Below, one piece after another: positions 17,450 to 27,249 of a DNA stretch of 51,532 nucleotides. The position numbers and the translations under genes were made by a program. Source of the DNA: a virus (taxonomy: Duplodnaviria; Caudoviricetes). Where the stretch lies: the IMG/VR virus record IMGVR_UViG_3300016474_000704, positions 1 through 51,532 of that record, one strand, 5' to 3'. The notes beneath the pieces were generated by a model that did not search any database, was not told the DNA's origin, and saw only the letters and a program-made list of their open reading frames with translations. The stretch's first letter is position 1. Every line of letters starts with the position of its first letter.

Positions 17450-17821
17450 TTAATATTTGTTTAATGTTCTAAGAGGTTTGGCGAAACGTTCAGCGTGGTA
17501 AGTTGTACCATCTGAGTATTTTACCTCGTCAACATAAAAATCAAATAAAACACACGTTTGGGTTTCTGTTAAAAACAAATCACCTAATACCTTAGAATTA
17601 CTATTAGGTAGATCTATTATCCATACACCGTCTATTATCTCATAACCATGAAATGTTTTAATTAGATGAGTTGCTAATTCATCTCTAACATCCGGAGAAG
17701 CATTATACATACTAAAGACAGTATCTTGGCTACTATCTAGAGTAAAAGCAAACATTCCATCAACTTGAGCACTTGTGTCGAAACCTATTGTTAGCAATAA
17801 AGCTAATAATAAGTGTTTCAT
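17450..17821 (-). CDS. Secreted hypothetical protein
   Basis: Signal peptide TSA|Q. Confidence 0.7.
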   Translation of the reverse strand: MKHLLLALLLTIGFDTSAQVDGMFAFTLDSSQDTVFSMYNASPDVRDELATHLIKTFHGYEIIDGVWIIDLPNSNSKVLGDLFLTETQTCVLFDFYVDEVKYSDGTTYHAERFAKPLRTLNKY

Positions 17822-17883
17822 ATATTGGTTTTAATTAGTTACTTAGCCAGTCGTAACGGCTTAAGTGCAACTAACAACCTCAA

Positions 17884-20172
17884 TTACTTAGCCCACTTAA
17901 ATGTTTCAGTGCGGTCTAAATAATTCGCTTTTAAGATGTACATACCACTAGGTAATTCATTGTAACGATTAATATCTAACAATGCACCTGATATGGTATA
18001 AATATCAATAGAGACAGGATAATCATCCTCTATTAGAATAGCATTTGGATCATCTATTAAAGGGTAGTTACCAATAATATCTTCTTGAGTAGTAGATATT
18101 CTATTAAATACTAAATCAAGTCTATTATTAGTTAAATCTGCATCACCCGTACTACCGTTAACACTTACAACATCAAGTCTAAATGTATTTGAAGTACCAA
18201 CAGGCACAGCACAACGTGTTGGGTGGCATAAGTTAATACTAACATAGCTATTATTAGCCGGCAACAATGTTGATTGGCCTGGTTGTAGATTACCAGTCCA
18301 AGTAGAATTAGTTATACATCCAAAAGCTGCTGTGCAATCAATCCAACGTCTAGTATAATTGATTTGAGTAATAGGAACAGTACCTGTGTTAACTGCTCTC
18401 CACTGTGTATTTACAACTTGTAAAGAAGTAGTCCAAGGGTTAGATACAGGTTGTACTAATTCAATTCTAACATCAGTACCAGTCATAGAAGGATTAATTA
18501 CATTAAATGCTTTAAAACTAGTATTGTCTGTGGTAATAGATTCCTCAACACTGTTATCATAGTTAATGGTTACAAACACATAACGTGTACCTGCCATTCC
18601 ACCTACATTGTATGAGAATGATTTAGTTACTGAGTTAATTCCACCACCTAAACCTACACTGTCAATTCCAATAATAATATCATCTGAGTCACCATAAACT
18701 GAGTTAGCTGAGTAACGGTATTGTACTTTTACAAATGTAGCAAATGTTGATAATACGTTCAATTCCTCAGCTACAACAGCATTATAATTTACTAAAATAT
18801 TTTCTCCTAAGTTAACACTAGCAGGTGTCACAACAACACTATTAACAGTGTAATTAGAAACTAACACTGGAGGTGGAGGAGGAGGTGTACCACCTGGGTT
18901 TGGGGTAGCAATAACAGCATTTTTTAAATTGATGCGTCCGTATCCTAATTCATTACTACGAGTACTCAAAGGCCAAGCAGGATCATTTGAATAAACATAT
19001 CCACCTACTTTCTCACAAGTACTAGATAGAATTGCTAAAATTTCATCATCTGTTAATTCCCAGTTCTTATAAGCAATAACAGCTGAGGCAGCAGCTGTAA
19101 TTGGGCAACTGAATGAAGTACCACTAATTGAAGTATAATCAGTAGCATTATAACCATCAGCACCTAAGCGGTCTGTAGTTCTAATTTGAGTACCAGGAGC
19201 TGAAATGTCACAAATTTGACCAAAGTTAGAGAATGTAGCTCTAACATCAGTACTTGATGTAGCACCTACACCCCAAACGCCATTATAATTAGCTGGGTAT
19301 TGAGCCGCAGTGCCTGAGTATCCATTACCTGAAGAAGCAAATACCATCATACCTTTTCCACCTCTGCCATTTACTCTAGCAGATTGGAAAGCGGCTTCTA
19401 AAGCAGCTGAGTAACCACTACCACCATATGACATTGCAATAGCAACACAGTTTGGGTTATTCATAGCAGCGTTAACAGCAGCAATTTGGATAGCTGAGTT
19501 AGTAGAAAAACTACCACCAGCATAAACCTGAGACATAATATTTACAGGCATAACTCTTACGTAGTTATTACCTACACTGCTAACACCAATACCATTATTT
19601 GTTCTAGCTGCAATTGTACCTGAACAAGCAGTACCATGCTTATCTTCTGAGTTGACATATGGAATAGCACTTGTACCATTAACAGCATTAAATGGGCTAT
19701 CAACATTACCTACAAATTCAGGCATTGTCATGTCTAATCCACCATCAAACATTGCTACTGATACCCATTGGTTATCAGTCGGGAGGAGATCCCAAGCTTC
19801 ATCAGCGTCAATATCTTTATCACTTGCTTGTCTTAAATGCCAACTACTAGCAAATTCAGGATCATTTGGAATATAATCCATTTTCATTTCCTGAGTTTGG
19901 TTTCTCTCGACAATATCAAACAAATCACTATCGTAGCAATTCTTTGCAAAATCATCATAGTTACCAGAAAATTGTACTACAATCATTCCAAGTTGATCAA
20001 ATTGAGCAACTACAGGAACATTAAAAAATTCAGTGAATGCATCTACAAGTCTATAGGGAGTACCTTGCTTGTATCTTAAAATGACTTGGTTATCAACATT
20101 TTCAGCTAAGTTTTGAGAAAAACTTACAATTGAAAAAACAGTTAATAACAAAACGGAAATTAATTTTTTCAT
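17884..20172 (-). CDS. Secreted S8 subtilisin-like protease with CARDB/Ig-like domains and a short type A T9SS CTD
   Basis: FDGG, HGTACSG, SGN, GTSFSCP; signal peptide SFS|Q; C-terminal IYTISG, LPSGMYIL, TFKWAK; start revised. Confidence 0.9.
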   Translation of the reverse strand: MKKLISVLLLTVFSIVSFSQNLAENVDNQVILRYKQGTPYRLVDAFTEFFNVPVVAQFDQLGMIVVQFSGNYDDFAKNCYDSDLFDIVERNQTQEMKMDYIPNDPEFASSWHLRQASDKDIDADEAWDLLPTDNQWVSVAMFDGGLDMTMPEFVGNVDSPFNAVNGTSAIPYVNSEDKHGTACSGTIAARTNNGIGVSSVGNNYVRVMPVNIMSQVYAGGSFSTNSAIQIAAVNAAMNNPNCVAIAMSYGGSGYSAALEAAFQSARVNGRGGKGMMVFASSGNGYSGTAAQYPANYNGVWGVGATSSTDVRATFSNFGQICDISAPGTQIRTTDRLGADGYNATDYTSISGTSFSCPITAAASAVIAYKNWELTDDEILAILSSTCEKVGGYVYSNDPAWPLSTRSNELGYGRINLKNAVIATPNPGGTPPPPPPVLVSNYTVNSVVVTPASVNLGENILVNYNAVVAEELNVLSTFATFVKVQYRYSANSVYGDSDDIIIGIDSVGLGGGINSVTKSFSYNVGGMAGTRYVFVTINYDNSVEESITTDNTSFKAFNVINPSMTGTDVRIELVQPVSNPWTTSLQVVNTQWRAVNTGTVPITQINYTRRWIDCTAAFGCITNSTWTGNLQPGQSTLLPANNSYVSINLCHPTRCAVPVGTSNTFRLDVVSVNGSTGDADLTNNRLDLVFNRISTTQEDIIGNYPLIDDPNAILIEDDYPVSIDIYTISGALLDINRYNELPSGMYILKANYLDRTETFKWAK

Positions 20173-20285
20173 ATACTTTGTTTTTGGTTTATTATAAATA
20201 TTTAGACTTTTATCCTTATCATGAACCATCAATTGTTCATAATTACAAATGAGATAAATCACTAATCTCTATAGATGAAAGACTT

Positions 20286-20627
20286 TTATTTGGTAGGTTT
20301 AGCAACAGTAGCCCTTTTAATTACTCTTACCTTACCACCAGTGCCTTTAACACCACCAGTTCTCTTGTAGTGTATAAAATCAGGCCACTGTGGAGTAGAT
20401 CTAAAGTACCATTTATTATCATCTATATCATGATAAAAATACCTATGGCGTACTCTTAGTTTGCGATTTTTAGAAAACAAGCCATCTTTAACAGTTTGTC
20501 TGTGGTGGACAAAATGCTCAGTTTTTTGTTTTCTATCTTTAATGATTTCAATTTCTTGTTGAATAGCACAAGAAGTGAGTGACAGCATTGCTATCAGGAG
20601 GGTTAGTGTGGGAAATATCTTTTTCAT
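20286..20627 (-). CDS. Basic lipoprotein
   Basis: Lipobox LTSC after MKKIF signal. Confidence 0.65.
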   Translation of the reverse strand: MKKIFPTLTLLIAMLSLTSCAIQQEIEIIKDRKQKTEHFVHHRQTVKDGLFSKNRKLRVRHRYFYHDIDDNKWYFRSTPQWPDFIHYKRTGGVKGTGGKVRVIKRATVAKPTK

Positions 20628-20705
20628 GGTTTTGAAGTGTATTCCCAAAACCTTAAGATTTAACTCACAACAAATGTGGTTTTATTTATTATACATATAT
20701 GAAGA

Positions 20706-21005
20706 CTAAGCCTTCAACCTAAGTTCTTCTAAAAACTCCCACAACGATTTAAAATCATAACAAATTGGATTTTTATCAGCATCCCATGCCTCTAATGTGC
20801 CTTGACCATAATCATTCTCATAACAAAACCAAGACCACCAATCAACACCTTCCTCACCATAGATTTCTTTAATCAGTAAATGGATTAAACCGTGATATGG
20901 ATCTATAAACTCAAGTAGGTCAACTTTGTTTTTATATAAGTTGTCTACAATGCGTTCTTGTTTTTGTAACTCAAGCGTTATTTTTAAAAAATTTTCGTAT
21001 GTCAT
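20706..21005 (-). CDS. Hypothetical phage protein
   Basis: DWWSWFCYENDYG, SLWEFL. Confidence 0.7.
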   Translation of the reverse strand: MTYENFLKITLELQKQERIVDNLYKNKVDLLEFIDPYHGLIHLLIKEIYGEEGVDWWSWFCYENDYGQGTLEAWDADKNPICYDFKSLWEFLEELRLKA

Positions 21006-21011
21006 AACTTA

Positions 21012-22238
21012 TTAATTTGATAATGGTGCTTTAATTGTTGGGTGTGATTGGTAATTTTCTATTTTAAAATCACTAATTTCATAATGTGGTAACACATCAC
21101 TTACTTTCCATGTATCTAAATTTTCGTTGGCAATAACCAATTTAGGCAACTCATAAGGTGTTCTACTGATTTGTTCCTTTGCTTGTTCAATATGATTTGA
21201 ATATAAATGAACATCACCTAAATTACCAATCAACTCTTCAGGTATCATATTTACTTCTTTAGCAATGATTTCAAGCAGTAGACCATAAGAAGCAATGTTG
21301 AATGGTAAACCTAAGAATGTATCTACTGATCTTTGATTCCACATTAAAGAGATTGTTCTTTTAGGTGTTGAGGGTTTAGCAATTTCTTCTACAATATAAA
21401 CATTCTCTAATTCAACATTAGTGTTTTTCAATACCCAATGAACTTGTTCTTCCCAAGTCAACTCTCTCGTATAAACTTGAAATCCATAATGACAAGGTGG
21501 AAGAACCATTTGGTCTAATTCACCTACATTCCAAGCTGAAACCATTAGTCGTCTTGAGTCAGGATTTGTTTTGAGTTCAGAGATTAGATTTGCGATTTGG
21601 TCGATACCTTTGTAAGTATAGTATGGGTCTTGAAATGTACCTTCTTTTCTGCCCCATCCTCTCCATTGTGCCCCATAAATTGGTCCTAATTCACCCCATT
21701 TCTTAGCAAACTCAGGGTATGTTTTAATATTGTCAATAAATTCTTCTTTGGTTAGATCAGCTCTAAGTTCAGAACTATTAATATAATTCTTATAAGCATC
21801 ACCATCCCAAATATGACAATTGTTATCAACAAGGAACTTAATGTTGGTATCACCTCTCAAGAACCATAACAACTCAGTTACCATTGTTTTCCAAGCCATC
21901 TTTTTAGTTGTGAGTAATGGAAAGCCATCTGACATTTTATGTCTGATTTGTCTTCCGAATACTGATAATGTACCTGTACCGGTTCGGTCTTTCTTTTCTA
22001 TTCCGTTGTCTAAAATGTCTTGAAGTAGGTCTTGGTATGCTATATCTAAGTCATTACCTACACGCTCATAAGCACCATTAGGTCCAATTTGAAAGTCGTC
22101 TGAAATGAATGGTATGTACGGCTCAGCATCTATAGGTAGATTGTTGATTTCTCCCCACTTACTAAACCATTCATCGTAGGTAAGATAGTGTCCTGGGTTT
22201 TCTGCTAACCATTGTCTGTATTGGGATTCTAAAAGCAT
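21012..22238 (-). CDS. thyA: Thymidylate synthase with ~60-aa N-terminal extension
   Basis: DRTGTGT, FPLLTTKK, ELLWFL, DSRR, LPPCH, QRSVD, GLPFN, HLYSNH. Confidence 0.97.
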   Translation of the reverse strand: MLLESQYRQWLAENPGHYLTYDEWFSKWGEINNLPIDAEPYIPFISDDFQIGPNGAYERVGNDLDIAYQDLLQDILDNGIEKKDRTGTGTLSVFGRQIRHKMSDGFPLLTTKKMAWKTMVTELLWFLRGDTNIKFLVDNNCHIWDGDAYKNYINSSELRADLTKEEFIDNIKTYPEFAKKWGELGPIYGAQWRGWGRKEGTFQDPYYTYKGIDQIANLISELKTNPDSRRLMVSAWNVGELDQMVLPPCHYGFQVYTRELTWEEQVHWVLKNTNVELENVYIVEEIAKPSTPKRTISLMWNQRSVDTFLGLPFNIASYGLLLEIIAKEVNMIPEELIGNLGDVHLYSNHIEQAKEQISRTPYELPKLVIANENLDTWKVSDVLPHYEISDFKIENYQSHPTIKAPLSN

Positions 22239-22251
22239 AACTTATTATTTT

Positions 22252-22446
22252 TTAATTGTTAATCCACTCCAATCCTAAGCATAGTTTCATCATTTTCCTA
22301 TGAAGCCATTTTGGTTTTTTTGCAAGATAAATTTGCACTCCTTCACTTCCACCTAGTTGATAATATCCTGGGAATTTTGTGGAATGATACTTGTCTATTG
22401 TAAAAACTTCATCAGGGTCTGTAACTAATGTTTTTTCTTCTATCAT
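22252..22446 (-). CDS. Hypothetical protein
   Basis: KKPKWLHRKMM, LGLEW; promoter-like TTTG-N20-TATATTAA at 22457-22488. Confidence 0.7.
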   Translation of the reverse strand: MIEEKTLVTDPDEVFTIDKYHSTKFPGYYQLGGSEGVQIYLAKKPKWLHRKMMKLCLGLEWINN

Positions 22447-22467
22447 AACTTTTTATTTAATATAATA

Positions 22468-24120
22468 TTATCTTATTAAGGTTACAAACCCTTTTTGAAT
22501 TTTGTTAAATCCTTCTTTGTCTTTATATTCTACCACCCAAGTATACACATCACTATTGCAGTAGTATCCTGTACCACCATCACCTGTCCAATATAGATTA
22601 GGTGATCTATATATTTCGATTCCCCATCTATCAAATATTTTGAGCGTTGGTTGGTAGACTGATAAACCAGTGATTCTAAAGATATCATTTATGCCATCTC
22701 CATTTGGAGTAAATGAATTGGGGGCATAGAATCTTTCACATGATTCAGTATGAATATTGATTCCTGAGGTTTCACTTTTACATCCTAAATTATCTATACC
22801 ATAGACGTTAATAAGGTAAGTATTTGTAGTGTCATACCAATCAACATACAAGCTATTGTCATTATTAAATTGAAAGACATTATCAACTGTCCAAACATAA
22901 CTTGTACTTCTACTATCAATTACTGTATAGTTTTGTTCATTTGGGTCTAAACATAAATCTAAATTGAGTTTAGAATAGAGTAGAATAGGCGGTTGGTATA
23001 GTGGTTCAACAACAACTCTAACTGAGTTATCTATAATACAGTTGTAAACACTAGTTGTGTACGTTGGCCAACTTATTCCTGGAGTAGATCCTATAAAAGT
23101 ACTTCCATTTACATAATCACCAGACCAACTTCCTCCAGGTGGGTTAGCTGATAATATAATGGATTGATTATAACAAATATGATAAGAACTGTCAAATGTT
23201 ACTTTAGGATCAACCACTACAATATTACTAATTACAACTGAGCTAATACAACCTGCTGGTGTAATCTCTTGGACTGATAAGACATAATCACCAGGTACAT
23301 CTCCCCAAACCACATTACTATTTACTGATTGATTTGTGTTTACTGTTCCTCCAGTTACACTCCAATCATAAAGTGAAGTTGAATTTCCATTTACAGAATA
23401 AAAAGTATTTGTATTAACACATACAGTATCGGGGTTAGGAGATATAGTTCCTATACTAAAGTAATTACAAGTACCATCATCGCAGCATACTGTTGGATCA
23501 AAATTACAAGCATTAGGATCTATACAACCACAAATGCTACAACCTACTACTCCTGTAAAAATATCTGTTGGTGGGTCTTGACCAGAACAGGCTGAGTTAG
23601 TCCAACTACCCATTGTGCCATCTGCATAAGGTGTTACTTGTATATTAAGAGATTCTCCACTAACACTTGATGCTGTTAATGAGACACAACCTATCCAAGT
23701 ACAATTCCCACTATTGCAATTATCACCCCAATCATTTCCTGGATTGCTATCTACTGGGCCTTGAGGTCCTTCAAAGAAAAAACCAGGACCTACTGTTAAA
23801 CCAGTTGCGCTTGAAGTTACAGTATTCATCCATAACCAAGCCCCACTTCCATCTGCTCCAGCATCATTAGGAGTTAGAGTTGGAGTAGAGGTTATCCATC
23901 CACTACCTAATGTTAATCCAAATCCTTCAAACCAATTAGAACCTGTACTATTACCATTCCAACCATCCATTGTGACACAAAGTTCAATTGTTGTGTTTGG
24001 AGGATAAGTCAAATCAGGATTAGGAGGTATATCTAAAGTATAACTTACATTTCCAGCACATTGAGAAAATATACTTACTGATATAAGAGTTAAGAATAGA
24101 GATAATAGGAAGTGTCTCAT
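22468..24120 (-). CDS. Secreted Ig/PKD-like protein with type B T9SS (gliding-motility-associated) CTD
   Basis: Signal peptide IFS|Q; GCIDPNACNFDP..DDGTC; CTD PNSFTPNGDGINDIF, IFDRWG, KGFVTLIR. Confidence 0.9.
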   Translation of the reverse strand: MRHFLLSLFLTLISVSIFSQCAGNVSYTLDIPPNPDLTYPPNTTIELCVTMDGWNGNSTGSNWFEGFGLTLGSGWITSTPTLTPNDAGADGSGAWLWMNTVTSSATGLTVGPGFFFEGPQGPVDSNPGNDWGDNCNSGNCTWIGCVSLTASSVSGESLNIQVTPYADGTMGSWTNSACSGQDPPTDIFTGVVGCSICGCIDPNACNFDPTVCCDDGTCNYFSIGTISPNPDTVCVNTNTFYSVNGNSTSLYDWSVTGGTVNTNQSVNSNVVWGDVPGDYVLSVQEITPAGCISSVVISNIVVVDPKVTFDSSYHICYNQSIILSANPPGGSWSGDYVNGSTFIGSTPGISWPTYTTSVYNCIIDNSVRVVVEPLYQPPILLYSKLNLDLCLDPNEQNYTVIDSRSTSYVWTVDNVFQFNNDNSLYVDWYDTTNTYLINVYGIDNLGCKSETSGINIHTESCERFYAPNSFTPNGDGINDIFRITGLSVYQPTLKIFDRWGIEIYRSPNLYWTGDGGTGYYCNSDVYTWVVEYKDKEGFNKIQKGFVTLIR

Positions 24121-24290
24121 TGGTCTCCAATTTGTTTTTCAGGTACACTTGTTGGTTGTGTAGTGTCATTTGGTTCATCACCTGTTGGAGTAGCAGAAGG
24201 TGTAGACATTTGTTTTTTAAGATTTTGGTATTTGAAATAATAATTTAATCCAAATCCCAGGATTGCTAAGCTAATAATTGTATTTAACAT
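24117..24290 (-). CDS. 57-aa membrane-anchored peptide (not in ORF track)
   Basis: MLNTIISLAILGFGLNYYF then a P/T-rich tail; ATGA-coupled to the next gene. Confidence 0.6.
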   Translation of the reverse strand: MLNTIISLAILGFGLNYYFKYQNLKKQMSTPSATPTGDEPNDTTQPTSVPEKQIGDQ

Positions 24291-24294
24291 AATT

Positions 24295-24840
24295 TTACAT
24301 TTTATATCGTTTCGGTTCTTGTTTATTGTCTTCTAATTTTACTTCACTATATCTACTTTCTAGTATTAAAAACACTTCTATAGCTAATACTCCCATTCCT
24401 ATAGGAACCCAAGCACCAGTTATAAATGCTCCAACTCCCCCCACTACAAAAATGGTTTGACCAATAAATGCTTTAACCCATGAGCGTTTTTTGTAATGTT
24501 CCTTTAACATTATTTTTATAGCTCGTTGTTCTTTATTGCGAGCTGAAGCTAGAGTGTCTAATTGTCTGTCAATTATAACATACAATGTTTGGTTTGCTTT
24601 TTTAACACTATCTAACTCAACTTTAGTCTCAACTAAATACTGCATGCAAGTATATGAAAACTGAGATGCTGAATCAAGCCTAGCCTTATAAACTTCTTTA
24701 AGAATATCCTCAGGTGTTTTCTTTTCAGTGATCACATCCTGTATAGTAGGTTTTTTAGCACTTTTAGGGCGACGGGATTGACTATAACCTGTTACAACAC
24801 ATAACAGTATTAGAATTACGAGCGTAATTTTTTTAGCCAT
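24295..24840 (-). CDS. Secreted coiled-coil protein with C-terminal TM helices
   Basis: Signal peptide GYS|Q. Confidence 0.7.
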   Translation of the reverse strand: MAKKITLVILILLCVVTGYSQSRRPKSAKKPTIQDVITEKKTPEDILKEVYKARLDSASQFSYTCMQYLVETKVELDSVKKANQTLYVIIDRQLDTLASARNKEQRAIKIMLKEHYKKRSWVKAFIGQTIFVVGGVGAFITGAWVPIGMGVLAIEVFLILESRYSEVKLEDNKQEPKRYKM

Positions 24841-25196
24841 TTTTTATTTAATTTAAGCTCTTGAGTTTTCTCGTAATACTCATTTAACCATACTGTTGTT
24901 AAACGAACAGCATCTTCATGTGTCATCCAACCTGCTTGAAAATTATCAATCCCATAAACTAATTCTCGTTCAAATAAGTATGGTTTGTTGTGTTGTATCA
25001 GGCCAGTGTAGTCTTCTTCTGATTCACAAATTACTAAACGAGCATAATTTCCTCTAGCTCTAAAGTAATACCATTTACCATCTTCAGTATAACCTTCTGC
25101 TTGTACAGGGCAAACACCTTCAGGCCAAATACCATATGGGTTGAAATTAGTTTTTTTCTCCCACCATAATGTTAATTTCTTTTTTAGTCCCACCAT
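24816..25196 (-). CDS. Hypothetical phage protein
   Basis: CPVQAEG, YYFRAR. Confidence 0.7.
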   Translation of the reverse strand: MVGLKKKLTLWWEKKTNFNPYGIWPEGVCPVQAEGYTEDGKWYYFRARGNYARLVICESEEDYTGLIQHNKPYLFERELVYGIDNFQAGWMTHEDAVRLTTVWLNEYYEKTQELKLNKKWLKKLRS

Positions 25197-25708
25197 TTGT
25201 CTATATTTTTAGCTATAAATTTATATGCTTTAATTTTATCCTTCATATAGCCCTTTTGAGCTTGTTTCATAATTTCACGGTACTCTTTACTATACTGTTC
25301 TTTATCCTCAGGAGTAAAAACTTTTTCAGTCTTACACTCCATCGCATAAGTTAAAACACCACCATTGTCAGTGTACTTGTAAGGTACAAAATCAAAAGTT
25401 GTTTTACCCCACTTTCGTTCTAAGTGTTCTAAAGCTGGGTCTTCATAAAATTCCCAAGAGTCTTTAGTTTGGTGGAGACGGGAAATAGCTTCTTGAATCT
25501 CATCAGCAGTTCTACTAGCCTCCGAACTGTAGGGTTTATCTGATAGATAGAAGTCTCGAGTAAATTCAAGCTTCCTGATTAGGATTTCATTTATGTAGCT
25601 ATGATCCCAGTCTCTGTCTTTCCAAATGGTTGGTAACCATCGTAGTACATTTCGAACACGTCTATAAAAATCCCTAAATGGGTAAGTAATATTATTAATT
25701 AGACTCAT
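25184..25708 (-). CDS. Hypothetical phage protein
   Basis: RWLPTIWKDRDWD, KWWD. Confidence 0.75.
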   Translation of the reverse strand: MSLINNITYPFRDFYRRVRNVLRWLPTIWKDRDWDHSYINEILIRKLEFTRDFYLSDKPYSSEASRTADEIQEAISRLHQTKDSWEFYEDPALEHLERKWGKTTFDFVPYKYTDNGGVLTYAMECKTEKVFTPEDKEQYSKEYREIMKQAQKGYMKDKIKAYKFIAKNIDKWWD

Positions 25709-25944
25709 CGGATTAATTTATCAACATCAATATTATGTTCGTATAATAATTCTTTTAAATGGTCATAAACAGCATCTACACCTTTATGGTAACTATCATC
25801 TTCATCATAACCATTAGTTAAACCACGGTATGAATTAGTCATTATCTCCCATAATACAATTGCCATGTCAGTTGATTTTACACAACGTTCATGTTCCATA
25901 CGATCATCAGGATCGTTTAAATCAAATGTTAATTTTGCTTTCAT
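25705..25944 (-). CDS. Hypothetical protein
   Basis: ATGA-coupled. Confidence 0.7.
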   Translation of the reverse strand: MKAKLTFDLNDPDDRMEHERCVKSTDMAIVLWEIMTNSYRGLTNGYDEDDSYHKGVDAVYDHLKELLYEHNIDVDKLIR

Positions 25945-26483
25945 ATAACTTCATTTATTATATTATAACCAAGAGCTTCTTCAGAGCCAAAATACCAGTC
26001 AGTTTTTTTATTCTTGACTTTATTTAATTGTTTCTGGGTAAGTGAAGTGTTGGATATGATGTACTCATCATACATTGCCATTAATCGATCTGTTTCGTCT
26101 AAATTTTCTTTTAGAATAGACATTTTATCATAAGGCATACTATCTAAACACTCATGATACATAAATGTAGCTAGAGAATGACCAAAACGTTTATCACCTG
26201 CGACTAGAATAGGCAACGCCATTGACATTATTGAACCATAACCATATGTGTAAACAGGTACATATGAGTTCTCTATAACACCAATTAAAGCAAAACCATC
26301 AAGTATATTTCCACCTACACTATTAATAATTAGTTTTATAGGTTCAACTTCTTCTTTACCACTATCAATTTCATTTATAAATGAGATTGTTTGAATAGCA
26401 TCTCTTACAGATGATTCATCTATTTCACCACTTAGAACAATTGTTCTAAACAGTTTGTTGTTCGGGTTGTAACTGTTCTTCAT
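25941..26483 (-). CDS. clpP: ClpP-like protease
   Basis: INSVGG, catalytic SMA, MYH, DWYF..EEALGY. Confidence 0.85.
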   Translation of the reverse strand: MKNSYNPNNKLFRTIVLSGEIDESSVRDAIQTISFINEIDSGKEEVEPIKLIINSVGGNILDGFALIGVIENSYVPVYTYGYGSIMSMALPILVAGDKRFGHSLATFMYHECLDSMPYDKMSILKENLDETDRLMAMYDEYIISNTSLTQKQLNKVKNKKTDWYFGSEEALGYNIINEVI

Positions 26484-26706
26484 CTGTAACTACTATTTCG
26501 TTTGTAACTTCATTCCATTCAGGTTCAGATACTGTTTCACAGAATAAAAATCTATTATCTGTTTTTAGTATATGATCTGCTCCTAAATATTCTTTCCAAG
26601 CATTAAGGAGTTCTCTATTTAGTTCTTCTTTATTATAGAAGTTACTAGCAGGTATATCTCTTAAAACTAAGTAAACATTACCATTATAAAAATATAACTT
26701 TTTCAT
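26446..26706 (-). CDS. Hypothetical protein
   Basis: ORF in operon. Confidence 0.7.
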   Translation of the reverse strand: MKKLYFYNGNVYLVLRDIPASNFYNKEELNRELLNAWKEYLGADHILKTDNRFLFCETVSEPEWNEVTNEIVVTDEEQLQPEQQTV

Positions 26707-26834
26707 TCACCTGTAAACCTATATTTTTCTCTTTTATAAGCCTTACCTGATGGTTTAGCTTTCTGAATCATTTTTCTTCTGATGATTTGAGCTACATGAC
26801 GCTCAGATAATCCATTATATGTATTCTTTTCCAT
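26703..26834 (-). CDS. 43-aa basic peptide (not in ORF track)
   Basis: MEKNTYNGLSERHVAQIIRRKMIQKAKPSGKAYKRK; follows promoter copy 11. Confidence 0.65.
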   Translation of the reverse strand: MEKNTYNGLSERHVAQIIRRKMIQKAKPSGKAYKREKYRFTGE

Positions 26835-26850
26835 GTGTTTTAATTATATT

Positions 26851-26884
26851 ATAAATATAACATCAAAACCTTGGAAAGCCAAAC
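26851..26884 (-). promoter_or_regulatory. Promoter repeat, copy 11
   Basis: TTTG-N20-TATATTTA. Confidence 0.8.
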
Positions 26885-27249
26885 TTATTTTACCACTTAT
26901 AAACCCAATATATGATTGCTATATAAAATATAGCTACTAACCCCCAATGAGCTATTCGAATATATTTAGAATCCAATTCTGATGTTTTTTCAATTTTAAG
27001 CATCAAGTCTGTGAATATTCCTCCAAGTGTGAGGATGATTAGTAAAGTAAATATAAGCCACATTGTTTTTAAAAAGTTAAAGGTTATTTTAACATATAAC
27101 TAGCTTTTAGTCTGAAATGAGCATATTCATAATGTTCAATCCTTCTTTTATCAGGATGTCGTCTCTCATTTTCATTGACTAGTGTTAGTAGCATTTCAAA
27201 ATCTCCTCTATAGTGAGCTTGATAGAGGATTTCTTCAATACGTTCTTCG

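Noticed and set aside
21012-22238. Group I intron or intein in thyA
   Set aside because: The reading frame is continuous and the inserts are short, with no splicing motifs.
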